Assembly: GCA_964016885.1 (NCBI GenBank)
Contig: OZ024743.1
Span: 377,952,001-378,016,000, forward strand
Source of the DNA: Eledone cirrhosa
Taxonomy: Eukaryota
Direction: 5' to 3'
Length of the DNA stretch: 64,000 nucleotides
Positions 37,873-53,354 of this stretch are shown in pieces. The notes under the pieces were generated by a model. It was not told the origin of the DNA, made no database searches, and saw only the letters and a program-made list of their open reading frames with translations. A program made the position numbers and the translations under genes. Position 1 is the first letter of the stretch. Each line of letters starts with the position of its first letter.

Positions 37873-38297
37873 TTCTAGAACTACAATTTCAGGGGTCCTT
37901 TAGCAGTGTAATAAACCTACTGCTTTCTTGACCTCAACAAGATCTCTCAATTGAAAAGGAGTTTGTGACTATCATCGAAAATGTTAGGAAATGAAGTTTT
38001 TTTTACTTTGAGGCTATTTTACATTCCATATCAACAGATATTTAGTTATAGACGTAGAGAGAAAAGGAAGAATTATATTGGAATTCATTCTACAATTATG
38101 ACATTTGACACATTACAAGGACAGTTGCTGATGCTTTGATCAGATCTGCCTCTGTATCATAGACTTACATAAGCTTTTGTGTCATCTTGTAATGACTCAG
38201 TGTCAGATCTAAGAAGTTGCCATTTTCTAGGGAAGAATGTAACCCCCCCCCCAAAAAAAAAACCTTGGTTTCACAAATGCATTGTGCATATTTAGGA

Positions 38298-39160
38298 TTC
38301 ATCATCATCATCATCACCGTTTTACGTCCGTTCTTCCACGCTAGCATGGGTTAGACGGGTTCTCCTGTTGTGGGCAGTGTCTGGTCGGCTGACCATGCCT
38401 TGCTCATACAGGAACTGATCTGGCTTGATTTCTACAGCTGGATGCCCTTCCTAACACCAACCTCATTTACAGTGAGTGCTGGGTGCTTTTTCGTGGCGCC
38501 TACACGTCCACTTTACAGTGTGGGCTGGGTGCTTTTTTGCCGTGGCACCTCCACGACCACCTTGCGGTGGGGGGGGGGGGCATATTGTTTATATGCTTCA
38601 GCATGTACCCATGGGAGGTCGGGTACCCTGTATTACTGCGTGACGCCAGAAGTCACGGTCGTGTGTCATTGACTTTGAGAGGTGTAGTTGGGTAAGGTCG
38701 GCTTTTAGCACCTCATCCCAAGTCATCTTGGGTCTCCCCACTCCGCGGTTTCCATCAACTTCTAGTGCTCTGCACCTTTTTATGCAGCTGTCATCCTTCA
38801 TACGCATCACATGTCCATACCAGCGTAACCGCCTCTCCTGCACGCAGCATTTGATTCCTCTTATGCTCAGTCTCTCTCTCAATTCCTTTATGCTTTGTCG
38901 TTCACGTATATTACTGTTACACATCCATCGGAGCATGCAGGCTTCGTTTCTCTCTAATCTACGTAAGTCTTCCACCTTCAGCGCCCAGGTCTCACTACCA
39001 TGCAACATCGCTGTTCGGATACACGCATCATACAGTCTGCCTTTCATTCTGAGGGAGAAGCCTTTTGCAGCTAGCAGTGGTAGTAGTTCCCTAAACTTCT
39101 TCCATCCCGTTCTTACCCTAGTTATTGTACTTTCTGAGCACCCACCTCCGTTGCTAATTG
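38298..39160 (-). mobile_element. Second, near-identical RTE LINE copy (shorter, inverted)
   Basis: ORF 38598-39203 is almost identical to the C-terminal part of 34223-35356; same 3'UTR and (GAT)n tail. Confidence 0.93.
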
Positions 39161-39789
39161 AATCTATTGGATCTATAATTGAATCTATAATTCTATCATC
39201 CACCTCATGCCAAACTTATCAAGTGCATACAACAGGGTTTCCTGTCAACTTTTAACTCTTACCACTATTTGATTCATCATTATCATTTGTCATCCACTTT
39301 TCCATGCATTGCATGGGTTGGACAGGTTTTTTCCAGCTTAGCATCCCTCCATTGGTTCCATTCCTTTGTTATCTCTTCTGTGAGCTTCAGGTATTTGTGA
39401 TCAGCTTTCATCATATTTACCTAGGCTTTGCTTGTTCTTCCTCTACTGCAGCTACCTTCTACTGGGATAGCCTGACATGTCTTTACCTAACAATCATGTT
39501 TGAGGTTGTAAATGAACATTCAGTTCCTCTTTGTTTTTATGTTCAGATTTAACAGCTTCTACAGTATTTCATTGTCTTCAAAATATATTCTTCATGTTTG
39601 GTGCTCTGGTTTCAATCCACTTGGACTGAGAATTCCAATTGATGATAGTTCTTGTAACTTTTTCCAGTGTAAATATCAACATTTAAAATGTATCTTTTTG
39701 TGGTGATCCACTACACACCATACTTTATTGCTTTAGTAGCTATATATCACTCTGCTCTTCATAAGTTAATATTGCTTCATCTTCATTTA

Positions 39790-40990
39790 TTCCTCAACAG
39801 GAATTATTGTTATTTACCATGACAAAGTCTCTCCACAATTCATGATTTTCCATTGCTCCTGGCAACTGCTCCCTACTAAGGTTTTTTATTATCTGAAAGT
39901 TGATCGATGAAGTTTCGAGCAGGTTTTCCTCTCCTGCATCTCTCATGAGTTGGTTTTCACAATAGTAACTTGTGTATAACTTCCTGCTTACTTCTCCAAT
40001 AATGTCTTGCAAATTGTAACAGTCTTGAGCAATTGTAGTTGTCTTCTTGGGAAAATTTCTGTATAAACTTTCATTTGTAATACCTTGGTGCCAGTTTATG
40101 TTTTGTACAACCCTAAGTATTTTAGTGTATGCACCATCTAGTTGCTTCTTAAGTGTTTGTGTCAGGGTCCATGTACCTGATCCATACACCAACATTGACT
40201 CAACAGATGCTCTGAAGATTGCTAGTTTGATTTTTCTGGGTAGATCTGATTTCCTTATCCTTTCCATTTTATTCATTGCAGCTCAGACTTGGGGAATTCT
40301 AATGTCAATGTCCTTTTTTGATGCCCAAATACAGAAAGTCATCAACTTGATTTAGTATTCCACCATCCTGTGTGACAAGATGTCCATCTTAGTTTAGTAC
40401 TCTATCTTAGTAACATTTATGTGTAGACCAATTTTCCTGGCAGATAACTTAACTTTATGAAGAGGTTCTTGAACTTGATCAATGGTATTTGATATAAGAG
40501 CTATGTCATCAGCAAAGTCTGTATCTCATATAACAGTTGGTGAGTTTTACTTTCCAAGGTAAGATAAAGCTGAAAGCCTTGAGGACAAAGTAAAATTGTG
40601 GAAGGAGCATAAATCTGAAGAAAAGGAGGAATAGGTGAACTTGGGATATACAGAAAATTACAGAGGAATTACTTTGTCAGTAGTTGCAGCTAAAATCTAC
40701 AACAGAATGCTACTAAACAGAATAAGACCACATTTAGACTAGAAACTCAGAATAAATCAAAATTGTTTCAGACAAAATAGCTCGACTGTCTCACAAATAT
40801 TGAGGCTACTAGAAGACTAGATCAAAGAACTTGAAAGCTGTACTAACTTTCATTGACTTCAAAAAGGCTTTTGACTCCATCCACAGAAGAAAGCTTATGT
40901 CAATCCTAGTTGCATATGGCATAACTGATGCCATAGTTTTTGCCATAAATGTACTGTAGATAAACACGAAAACTCAAGTTCTTTCTCCCT
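39790..40990. mobile_element. Decayed RTE/RTEX-like LINE in two divergent halves (RT C-half on minus 39790-40530; RT N-half on plus 40640-40990)
   Basis: Plus strand: NYRGITL, FIDFKKAFDSIHR. Minus strand: DFADDIAL, VESMLVYGSGTW, LDGAYT. Confidence 0.8.
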
Positions 40991-43020
40991 CCATATATAG
41001 AATTGTCTAAATGGTATATGTCAGCAATAGATCAAATAAGGCAGTTTAAAGTGACATACTTTTTTCCTTGACCAAACCGTAACCCATCGTCCAGTTCAAC
41101 ACTGCTACCTTTCCCATGGGTATCTTTGCCTCCATCCATATGTTCACTCTGTTGTGAGCATTCAGGACAGGTTTCTGTTTTGTAGGTACTTTAACTCTTA
41201 ACATTCTTAATGATTAAGCAGAAAATATCTAAAAAAAACAGGTTTGTGAATTCAAATGTTTATAGAATCTTTATTGTGAAACCATGCAGTAAACTAAAAG
41301 CTTGAATTTTAATGTGATTCAGTCAATATTATTTTACGCTTTACAAGAATGTCTTGCTAATGTGACTGCATACATAACAGGATGTAAAGAATTAAGCCAT
41401 CCCTCCTATCAGTCTTGGATGTGTGATTAAATAGAAAAACCAATATTTTTTTTCATTTTGATCTGGAGAAAGAATTAGTAGTCAGATGTGGGAGCAGTAT
41501 TTTATTGTTAATTTAAGCTGTTTACATGACATGCTTTGTGTTCTCTGTTCAAAAGCATGCACATATGGATAGAGGTAATGCAGGTTTGATGTGAGATGTT
41601 TAGCTTGCATGGGGGGGGGGGTGCAGAAAGTTAGGGAGCAATGAAGGTGTCATCTTACAGTAATGGAGTGGTGTGGGTATTGTCAGACTGTAATGACAGG
41701 TATGATATTGATGTGTCATCAATGTTGGAAATGTGTCCGGGAGTGGGTGGGTAAATGTTGAATTTTGATGCACACCATAGTAAATAGAGGTGTTGGGTAA
41801 CAGGATATCATAAGTATGCTACCATGGTGAGATTGGATGGAAAGATAGTCACATAACAAACATTAATTGTTGGCAGATATATGTATTGGAACATTTTAAT
41901 ACAGAATATAAACTAATGTGTTTTGTTATTTAGTCACAGCTCAGCCCTGATTTAGCAGGCCTATGAATACATACCATTCAATCCTTTCTAGTAGGCAAAA
42001 TGGATGTTAAATGATAACAATGTTATCAATAATTCAATGTGTATTGTTTGGCCACAGATAAGTCTTAATTGAGCAGATCCAGCATCTTTTTATTTTTACA
42101 ATAGTGATTTGAAAGGAATTTGGCTGCTATATCTAGCAGGTCAAGCAAACAACTAGAAGTTCTTTTATTGGCATGATATTTATTTACTTTATTGTTTTTA
42201 TTGGTTGTTGTGTTATTTTACTTACTGGTGATAACAGTACTGACAAGGAGCTAATAAAAAAATCAAATCATGAAATTGCTGGTTGACTTTATTCTTGTAA
42301 TACGATATCTTATATTTCTAATACTCTAGTTTAATTTCTGCTTTTGAAAATGTTAATATTCAAACACGTAAAACCAGTAAAAAGATAAAAATAATATATT
42401 ACTATAAAAGTATATTCAGAAATGAAGATTTTGACTCGGTACACAATCCTTGTATCTAAATATATATTTGTTTAATTCTTGTCTATAAACTTAGTGATGT
42501 CCTGTTCAGCTAGTTTATGATTTTGCTGTAAACTATGGAATATATATTTTGCAACTTCACTGATTTCCAGTATGTATTACTGTTAATGTATTAATAAATT
42601 GATTTTGGCTGTGTATTCAAGACAATTTACTGGATTGATGATATCGTGATAGACACACCCCAATACACTCTGTAAAGTGGTTTGTGAAAAGAAGGGCATT
42701 TAGCCATAGAAAACTAGCAATCAAAGGCTTCATGAAAACTCTTGCTAGCAAGGAAAACGGATACTATTAACTTTGCCTCTAGAAACTTGTGAATTAATTA
42801 ATATAATATAAATTAATATATACTTAGTTTCTTGAATTAAGAAGGCAACCACCTATTAATTGTCTTGTGTAAATATGGCTTTACCTACATAGGAAAATAG
42901 GTGTAATGTTGAAAATATATTGAAATATGAAGTTTCTCAAATAGTAATTCATTTTAGATGATTGGCACAAACAAAATATCAAATGCTGTAATCCTAATAT
43001 ATATACTTTTTTTGTTATAG

Positions 43021-43105
43021 AAATGTTATGAACAAAAGCAGTATAAAAATGGATTGAAATTTGCAAAGCAGATTCTATCGAATCCCAAATTTTCTGAACA
43101 TGGGG
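43021..43105 (+). CDS. NAA15: NAA15 exon 2, [28 protein letters not shown]
   Basis: tag acceptor, gtaag donor, conserved peptide, consistent phase. Confidence 0.95.
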
Positions 43106-43181
43106 GTAAGTAATTTTCCTAATTTTTATTCCTGTAATTTTAATTTTCCTCTTTATGATTTTGAGGATTTAAAAAGAATAA

Positions 43182-44877
<1,696 letters not shown>

Positions 44878-44978
44878 TAATTTTATAACTTTTTATTTAT
44901 TTATTGATAACGATTGTTTTTATAACCTTTTGTGTTTTTCATAATTTTATGTGAATTGTACTAAATATATTGAGTTAA

Positions 44979-45131
<153 letters not shown>

Positions 45132-47595
45132 TAACAAATCCTGTAACCTAGACAGCTTACTAATGCTGTTTGTGAGGTGGATACCTAGATCTCTTTGTAT
45201 GTTTGTGTGTGTATGTGTATACTGGTCAAGGAATATACACAAGTCAAATCTCAATTTCCTAACAAGAATGAAACTTTTATAAACAAAATATTATTCTTCA
45301 TTGATAAATAGGTGCAATAATGTGAACATGTAAAAAGAACATAGATAAATATATATATAGGTGAACTCAAGTACTGAAAAAATAGAAATAGGTATTATTT
45401 CAGTAATTACATTAATTCAAGTGAGTTGGGATTAAACATCCAAACTAATTTACATTTTGCTACACTTGATTTACAATTCTAATAATGACATGAAGCAAAA
45501 GAACACAATCAACTTGATTTGTTATCATCCAATTGCATATAAGAGATAAAAGCATAAGCTTCTAACATATGTATGTTTGTGGGTGATTTAGAGATAGGAA
45601 GGGCATCCAACCATAGAAAACTTGCCAAACAAAAGATTGGGAAGATTCTTCAGTTGTGTCAAAGACATGACAACCATCCTAGTGTTGGTGATCTACAGGA
45701 TAAATACATACAGTACACTCTTTAAAGCAGTTGGTAATAAGAAGGGCATTCAGCAGTAGAAAACCTGCCAAACAAAGATTTGGGAGGGCTCTACAGCTGT
45801 GTCAAAACAGGCTAGTGCCACAATAAAATGCACTTGAAAGAATGTGAGATATGGGCCCCAGGCCTACCTTAACACTCAATAGAGTGCAGGAATATAAGCG
45901 AAATGCAGGCCTCTGGCCTAACTGAGAGGTTAGTAGCTCTGCTTAAATACTGACTTGGTTTGTGACAACCCATCCAACCTTTTCTAGCAAGGAAACCAGC
46001 CATTAAATGTATGAATGTATGTATCCTCATTAGATTTATGTCTATTTTTCCATGTTGGCTGAACAAGTGTGTTGATGTGAGGTTCAATATTTGCAGCTCA
46101 ACATCTTTCTAAACCTTCCTCCTTGTCCTGCCTTGGCTACAAATAGTTTCCAGTAGTGAATGATAACCTATCTCCAGCTTACATCATAATTTCATATCAC
46201 ATATTTCATACACAAGCTAGCATTTTCATCTTAAAAAATACATCTCTTGAAGTCTCTGGTATTTAATTATGTCCTAGTTCACATGCATCACCATTTTTTC
46301 AAATCATGTTCTGTATTTCTCTCCAATTTTTTCAGTCTCTCTCTGCACAGGCCAGCTCTCTTTTGAGTTGCATCACATTTTTTACATATCCTTCATACTA
46401 TCAGTTCTTTCCAATAAAAATAAAGGGTTTACTCTGTCATTTTATTGTACTAGTTATGTAAACTAGATCACAGAAGCAGTTTTCTGTTTTTAGCAACCAT
46501 CTGAGGAGTCTGAATAGCTATTAGTTAATAATAACTCATCTTTCTAGCAGTTCCACATATACTGGCACAGTGATGTGTTCTCAATTTACTAGAGATCCCA
46601 TGGCAATTGTTTCTGTTAACCACACAGTTCTTGCATGCTACACAGTCTGCTACCCTTTTGCAATTGCACTTTTTACTCCTACTGTTCATAACTACACTAT
46701 AATGTGGTTGCCATTCAGAAGGGCATCCCACCATAGAAACTAAGCCAGAAACAGTTTTGTAAGAGTAAGACATAGTCATCTGAGCTGACTTGTCGTATAA
46801 TGTAACAACTCGTCTAACTTATGCAAGTGTGGAAAATTGATATTAAACAGTGGTGATGATTAGTTTTTGTTATGCTTTAACTTCTCAATTCTATTCACTG
46901 AAATTTTAAACTTCTGTTGTTTTTTTACCGGATTTCGTAATGAAAATCAAATCCTAGTTAAAAACAAATTAGCAAAGATAACGTGTCATGAACGACTTTT
47001 TGATTAACCTTTATACACTAACAAATATTTATGTGGGCTAAGGTCAACCAATGTATACCAAAATCGTCTTTAGTCTATTTCTGAAGTATACAAAATTACG
47101 AGAGAGTTGTCTGCTCTTTGCTACTTGTAATTGTCTCTCTGCAGTATATTTCTATCACACAGCGTAGTATAATTCAGATATATTTCTTTATTAGCCACAG
47201 GGGCACAAAAGAAGGGGACAAATACAAAGGGGGAACACTTCATGCAGCTTCTTGGTATCCTGTAGTAAATTCTCATTAACTCTTCAGACTGCTTCAATTG
47301 CTTGGTAATAAGAGACACTTGTTCTTCTTTCTAATGAGTGATAATGATAATTGCATGAGTTAGACAGATTCACGCACTAAGGCTAGATTTGTCAGGTGAC
47401 TTCATCTTGTTTTATCGGGATTCTGGTACTACCACCTTACTGGGTGCTTTTTGTCAAGGCACAAGCAGTACTGCTTTACAGTGTGGACTGGGTGTTTATG
47501 AAAATATTCCAAAACTTGATTATTTCAGAAATTATTGAAACAACAGTCAGTTTACTCATTAGCAATATAGTCACAAAAGGGCAATTATTTTTATA

Positions 47596-49116
47596 CTAGC
47601 TGTCCTTGTGCTGTCAAAAATGACGGCTAATTGTAATATCTATACATAATATAAAAAAAGAGATGTTTGTTGGTTGGTTCATTTGTTCCTTTGCGCTCAT
47701 TCACACAACTGTGACGAAACTTAGAATGATGGACTTCTATAGTTTCTCAACCCCTTCCTCAATTGACATAATCATCCTTTCCTTCCTCAGTCGACGTAAT
47801 CACCCTTTCCTTCCTCAGTCGACGTAATCACCCTGTCCTTCCTCAGTCGACGTAATCATCCTTTCCTTCCTCAGTCGACGTAATCATCCTGTCCTTCCTC
47901 AGTCGACGTAATCATCCTTTCCTTCCTCAGTCGACATAATCACCCTTTCCTTCCTCAGTCGACGTAATCATCCTTTCCTTCCTCAGTCGACGTAATCACC
48001 CTTTCCTTCCTCAGTCAACGTAATCACCCTGTCCTTCCTCAGTCGACGTAATCATCCTTTCCTTCCTCAGTCGACGTAATCACCCTTTCCTTCCTCAGTC
48101 GACGTAATAATCCTTTCCTTCCTCAGTCGACGTAATCATCCTTTCCTTCCTCAGTCAACGTAATCATCCTGTCCTTCCTCAGTCGACGTAATCATCCTTT
48201 CCTTCCTCAGTCGACGTAATCACCCTTTCCTTCCTCAGTCAACGTAATCATCCTTTCCTTCCTCAGTCGACGTAATCATCCTTTCCTTCCTCAGTCAACG
48301 TAATCATCCTTTCCTTCCTCAGTCGACGTAATCATCCTTTCCTTCCTCATCCTTTCCTTCCTCAGTCAACGTAATCATCCTTTCCTTCCTCAGTCGACGT
48401 AATCATCCTTTCCTTCCTCATCCTTTCCTTCCTCAGTCGACGTAATCATCCTTTCCTTCCTCAGTCGACGTAATCATCCTTTCCTTCCTCAGTCGACGTA
48501 ATCATCCTTTCCTTCCTCAGTCGACGTAATCATCCTTTCCTTCCTCAGTCGACGTAATCATCCTTTCCTTCCTCAGTCAACGTAATCATCCTTTCCTTCC
48601 TCAGTCGACGTAATCATCCTTTCCTTCCTCAGTCAACGTAATCATCCTTTCCTTCCTCAGTCGACGTAATCATCCTTTCCTTCCTCATCCTTTCCTTCCT
48701 CAGTCGACGTAATCATCCTTTCCTTCCTCAGTCGACGTAATCATCCTTTCCTTCCTCAGTCGACGTAATCATCCTTTCCTTCCTCAGTCAACGTAATCAT
48801 CCTGTCCTTCCTCAGTCGACGTAATCATCCTTTCCTTCCTCAGTCGACGTAATCATCCTTTCCTTCCTCAGTCAACGTAATCATCCTGTCCTTCCTCAGT
48901 CGACGTAATCATCCTTTCCTTCCTCAGTCGACGTAATCACCCTTTCCTTCCTCAGTCAACGTAATCATCCTTTCCTTCCTCAGTCGACGTAATCATCCTT
49001 TCCTTCCTCAGTCGACGTAATCATCCTTTCCTTCCTCAGTCGACGTAATCACCCTTTCCTTCCTCAGTTATCTCTAGTGAGTGGCGGACAAATACACAAT
49101 ATTAGTAGATTTAAGA
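47596..49116 (-). mobile_element. Non-autonomous Helitron-like element carrying a minisatellite
   Basis: Minus-strand A|TC 5' end at 49116, CTAG|T 3' end at 47596, and subterminal hairpin GCTGTCA-aaaa-TGACGGC at 47610-47627. Confidence 0.65.
47750..49068. repeat. Highly homogeneous 28-bp minisatellite (tcagtcgacgtaatcatcctttccttcc) x ~47
   Basis: Period of 28 measured directly; a few variant and half units. Confidence 0.96.
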
Positions 49117-49739
49117 TTATAACTCATTTCTTCCTCTTCATACTCTCATGCCTTCACTGCAGTGGCCCTTCTCCTCAAGCCAGTAATACCTGTCAATTTG
49201 TTAACCTTTTAGCATTTAAACCGGCTGTATCCGGCCAGAACTCTCGCCTCTTTCTGTTCAAACCGGCCATAACTGATCACTCATATTGATGTTACGGTAT
49301 TGTTCTTAAAATAAATAACATCAAAATCTCATAGATTCGATATTATGTGAGGTAAAGCCTTTACCGTGAAAATACAATAGTAAATATAGAGTAATGTAAA
49401 TGTTAAAGGGTTAAAGCTATTGAGATACCAAATACTCTTATTGATATCCATTACTCTTACTATACATTCCTTCTATGTGAATTTTTCAAATGACATATTG
49501 CTACAAACTAATAGACTCCTCCCTTATTTTTTAATTCCGGCCACCTATTTTATCATTGACATTGTAATCATGCACACAATCCTGGTTGTTGACATTCCTA
49601 CCCTGAATTGCCTCCTTAGCTAAGACATAGATCAGCTTGATTTTTCTTTCTCAGAGGATTCTGGCCTGTGCACAACATGGATTTGAAGCAATTAGGAAGG
49701 AAGTTGCTGAGTATCATCTGATATATATGAAACAACCCT

Positions 49740-50111
49740 GAGCACCTTTTTGATCTCCATGTGTCTAACACACATGGACATGCCTACAAAATCAGAAAAC
49801 AGCACAGCTCCCATGACTTTCGTAAACATTTTTTCACGCTCAGAGTTGCTGAAGCATGGAACAAACTGCCTGCGTCAGTTGTTAGCTGCCGAGACACTGC
49901 ATCCTTTAAAACCCTCATGCTTCCCGAAATACGCCAAAACTACACCTGACGTACCTCTTCCATACACATGCACACATGTGTATATCATGACTCATGCACT
50001 GTTCATTTTCCTGACGTTTGTACATTACCCTATGTACTATACATACACTTTTTGATGAGTTGTAGTGCACCTGAGCACTGTACACAATATTTCATTATTA
50101 TTATTATTATT
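49740..50111 (+). mobile_element. CR1-type LINE 3' end with (ATT)n tail; a short copy of the same 3' terminus lies at ~29550-29600
   Basis: GHAYKI..RKHFFTLRVAEAWNKLP..SFK peptide; shared tgtagtgca.ctgagcactgtacacaat terminus. Confidence 0.82.
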
Positions 50112-50425
50112 TAAACCAGCGAAGTGCAAGTGAGAAGAGAAAGTGATTGACTATCAGAGGCATCATCAAACGTATACAGGAAAGATCACTATGCAAGTTT
50201 GAGCATGTCATGTAAATAGAACATATATCTTAGACATATGTTGATAATGGTAGTTGCTAATTATATAGGAAGAAGCAATCTGGATAGAACATTATACCTC
50301 ACAGAAAAATACAATAGAAATTTTCTGGAAGACTGCTCTATTGCTAATTTGTCCTATCCTGACATGGAAAAATAGATTTGAAATCAATGTTGGTGGTAGT
50401 AGCTACCTTCTCTAGCGCCTCTTTT

Positions 50426-50456
<31 letters not shown>

Positions 50457-50589
50457 TTTCTTCAGAACAAAAATTTTTTAAATGTTATCTTATCCCTAAA
50501 TCAATTTTGATACAGTTTGATATATGATAAACTGCTTATAAGAAATTTTACTTTTGTGGATTAATATAGTAATATGATATTTATTTTAG

Positions 50590-50724
50590 GACACCCGTTA
50601 TCAGCTCTTGGTTCTCAGACCTGGTCAGAGAGCTTCTTGGATTGGCTATGCAATGGCTTATCATCTATTACGTGATTATGATATGGCTCTTAAAATTTTA
50701 GAAGAATTCCGGAAGACTCAGGCT
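50590..50724 (+). CDS. NAA15: NAA15 exon 6, [27 protein letters not shown]...EEFRKTQA
   Basis: Conserved peptide; tag acceptor and gtaag donor. Confidence 0.95.
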
Positions 50725-51660
50725 GTAAGTCATAAAATCTCTAATTATTATTAATGCTTATTTCTTGGTGCAGCTCACACTTTTGTAGGTTTAGCTGTCC
50801 TCATTCGAGGTTGCATCTCAATTGAATACATGTACTTCATAATTAGAAGGGAAAAAAAATAAAAGAATTTTATGCAGTGAATATCATTGTTTTGCCGAAG
50901 CAACATGGTGGGGGGGGGGGGGGATAAGGTATAAAGGAAAAGAAATGAGACGATGCCAAAGGTGTGTAATACAAACTAAGAGAAGTACTATTTGTGATTC
51001 ACAGTTTGAATCACAGACAGGAAACTGAATGATGTATCTGAAAAAGAAGGGAACAATGTGTTGATTGAGGAGTACTCAATAGATAGACTGAAATGAAAGC
51101 AAAGCTAAACTATGTTTTAAATCACTTTTGCAGGTTTTCAAATAAAACTTTAGTTTGTATACCACATCAGTTTTCAATAGAAATATATTAATGTGTGTGT
51201 ATCCCAGTTTTTAGAATAGGTACACGGTATCGCTTACATGTTGTAAGAGGTGACTAAAAGGGTTGGCTATAAAACATTGATTCAAAGCCTCCTGCCCAAC
51301 CCATGTTGGCATGGAAAACTACATGATTTACCGTAGCTAGTAAAATATTAGGATCTTTAATGTGGTTTCAAAATTCTTTGATCATTTTTTACACTAAAAA
51401 TAGGGCAGTGGGTTGGCAGTATTGGTAGAGTGTTGAACATTATGTTTTGCATCATATAGTTACAGCCCTTAACATTCTGAATTCAAATCCTGATGAGGTT
51501 AGTTTTGCCTTTCATCCTTACGGAGTTGATAAAATAAAGCACCAATGATGTACTGGGGTCGATTTAATCAACTTTCCCCTCCTCAAAAACTTGTTGGCCA
51601 TGTGCCTAAATTGGAAACCAATATTTAAAATAACATTTTTTTGTTTTTCTTATTTTGTAG

Positions 51661-51808
51661 CCCAAGCCCAAGGATTATGAGCACAGTGAAATGCTGTTAT
51701 ATCAAAACATGGTTTTACAGGAAGCTGATATGACTGAGGAGGCACTGGAGCATTTAAATGCTAATGATAATCAAATAGTGGATAGACTTTATCTTCTGGA
51801 GACTCGAG
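51661..51808 (+). CDS. NAA15: NAA15 exon 7, PKPKDYEHSEMLLYQNMVLQEA...LETR
   Basis: Conserved DYEhSElLLYQN; tag acceptor and gtaag donor. Confidence 0.93.
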
Positions 51809-52462
51809 GTAAGGAAACTGTAACTTTGTCATATTTTACATAAAAATATAACTAAAATGGATGGAAGAGGGTGATTGACTACTAACTTCATGTTTAACAC
51901 TTTAGTTACCTTATTTCTAATGATTTCGAAAATACTCAAGCACTTCAAAGGATTTAGTGATATAACTAACTTACTCATTATTAATTATGCTAGGTGAGGG
52001 CATGACATTGGCAGGAATGGTAGAACTTTGGCCAAAATGCTTTGCAATATTTAATGAAAACTTTTCTACATTCTGAGTTCAAATCCTGCTGAGATCAACT
52101 TTGCCTTTTGTACTTCTGGGTTCGATATAATTGATTTTACCTTTCCCTGAATTGCTGACCAGTTGATATAATTGACTTTAACCTTCCCCGAATTGCTGGC
52201 TGGATGATCAATAATTGACGTAACCCTTCCCCTGAATTGTCCTTGTGCCAATGTTAGAAATGGTATGATAAACTAAATGTTTAGTTATCTCCCTTTACCT
52301 TCTGAATTCATATATGCTTGAAGTTGGTCCTGATTTTTAAAGTGTTTATATTTAGAAACTTTCTACCATAATTTTATGTTCCAAACACCATAGATCTCGG
52401 TCCTTGTTATAAAAGAGTTAATGAATTATTTTAATGTTATTCTTTACACTTCTTACTTTCAG

Positions 52463-52582
52463 CTGCATTGCTTCTTAAGTTAAAGAAAAGAGAAGAAGCT
52501 AGTGCTCTTTATAAAAGCTTAGTTGAACGGAATCCAGAAAATATGGCATACTATAAAGGAATGGAAGACTCTATGCCTCCAG
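52463..52582 (+). CDS. NAA15: NAA15 exon 8, AALLLKLKKREEASALYKSLVERNPENMAYYKGMEDSMPP
   Basis: Conserved ERNPENxxYY; cag acceptor and gtaag donor. Confidence 0.93.
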
Positions 52583-53255
52583 GTAAGTCCTTAATGTATT
52601 ATGCCTCAGGTATGTACTCAATAGTGGTTAGAGCATTGGGTTTGCAATTGAGAGGTTGTGAGTTCGATTTTCAGACCAAGTGATGTGTTGTGTCCTTGAG
52701 GAAGACACTTTATTTCACATTGTTCCAGTTTACTCAGCTGTAGAAATGAGTTGTGAGATCACTAGTGTTGGCTTGTATTGGCCATTGTCTTGGACAACAT
52801 GGGCGACTGCTGGTCTTCCACAAAACAAACCTTGCTCGGGCTTGTGCCTTGGAGGGAAACTTTCTAGGTACAAAACCATGGTAATTCATGACCGATGGGG
52901 GCCTCTAATATAATATGTACTTAATATATTAGGCCTCAGGTATGTAGTTAATGTATTATACATATATTCAGAACATAATTTAATTTTCAAAATTAACAAA
53001 ACCATGTTCAGTAACATCTTAAAATGTTAAGATGTCTGTCTACAAAGTATGACAAACAAAATATTTTATATATACTTAACCAAATTTCTACTTCAAAATT
53101 CATAATTTCTGGTGCCAGATTGGTTTACAAAATTACACAAGTTTTGTTTCCTAAATCTATTTTAAACTGTTTAGCAAGATATTTATGATTTTAGGAAATA
53201 GTCTAATTTTATATCTTTGTTTCAATTAATTATGTTTGATTTAAAATTTTTATAG

Positions 53256-53354
53256 ATGCAACGATAAATGATCGATTAAAATATTATACCGAAGTTTCTG
53301 CCAAGTTCCCTAAAGCTTCCTTACCAAAGAGAGTGCCTTTATCATTCACTATAG
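53256..53354 (+). CDS. NAA15: NAA15 exon 9, DATINDRLKYYTEVSAKFPKASLPKRVPLSFTI
   Basis: PkRlPL motif; tag acceptor and gtaaag donor; phase 1-1. Confidence 0.9.

Noticed and set aside
47750-49068. 28-bp repeat array as a CRISPR array
   Set aside because: Units are contiguous with no unique spacers, there are no cas genes, and it lies in a eukaryotic intron.
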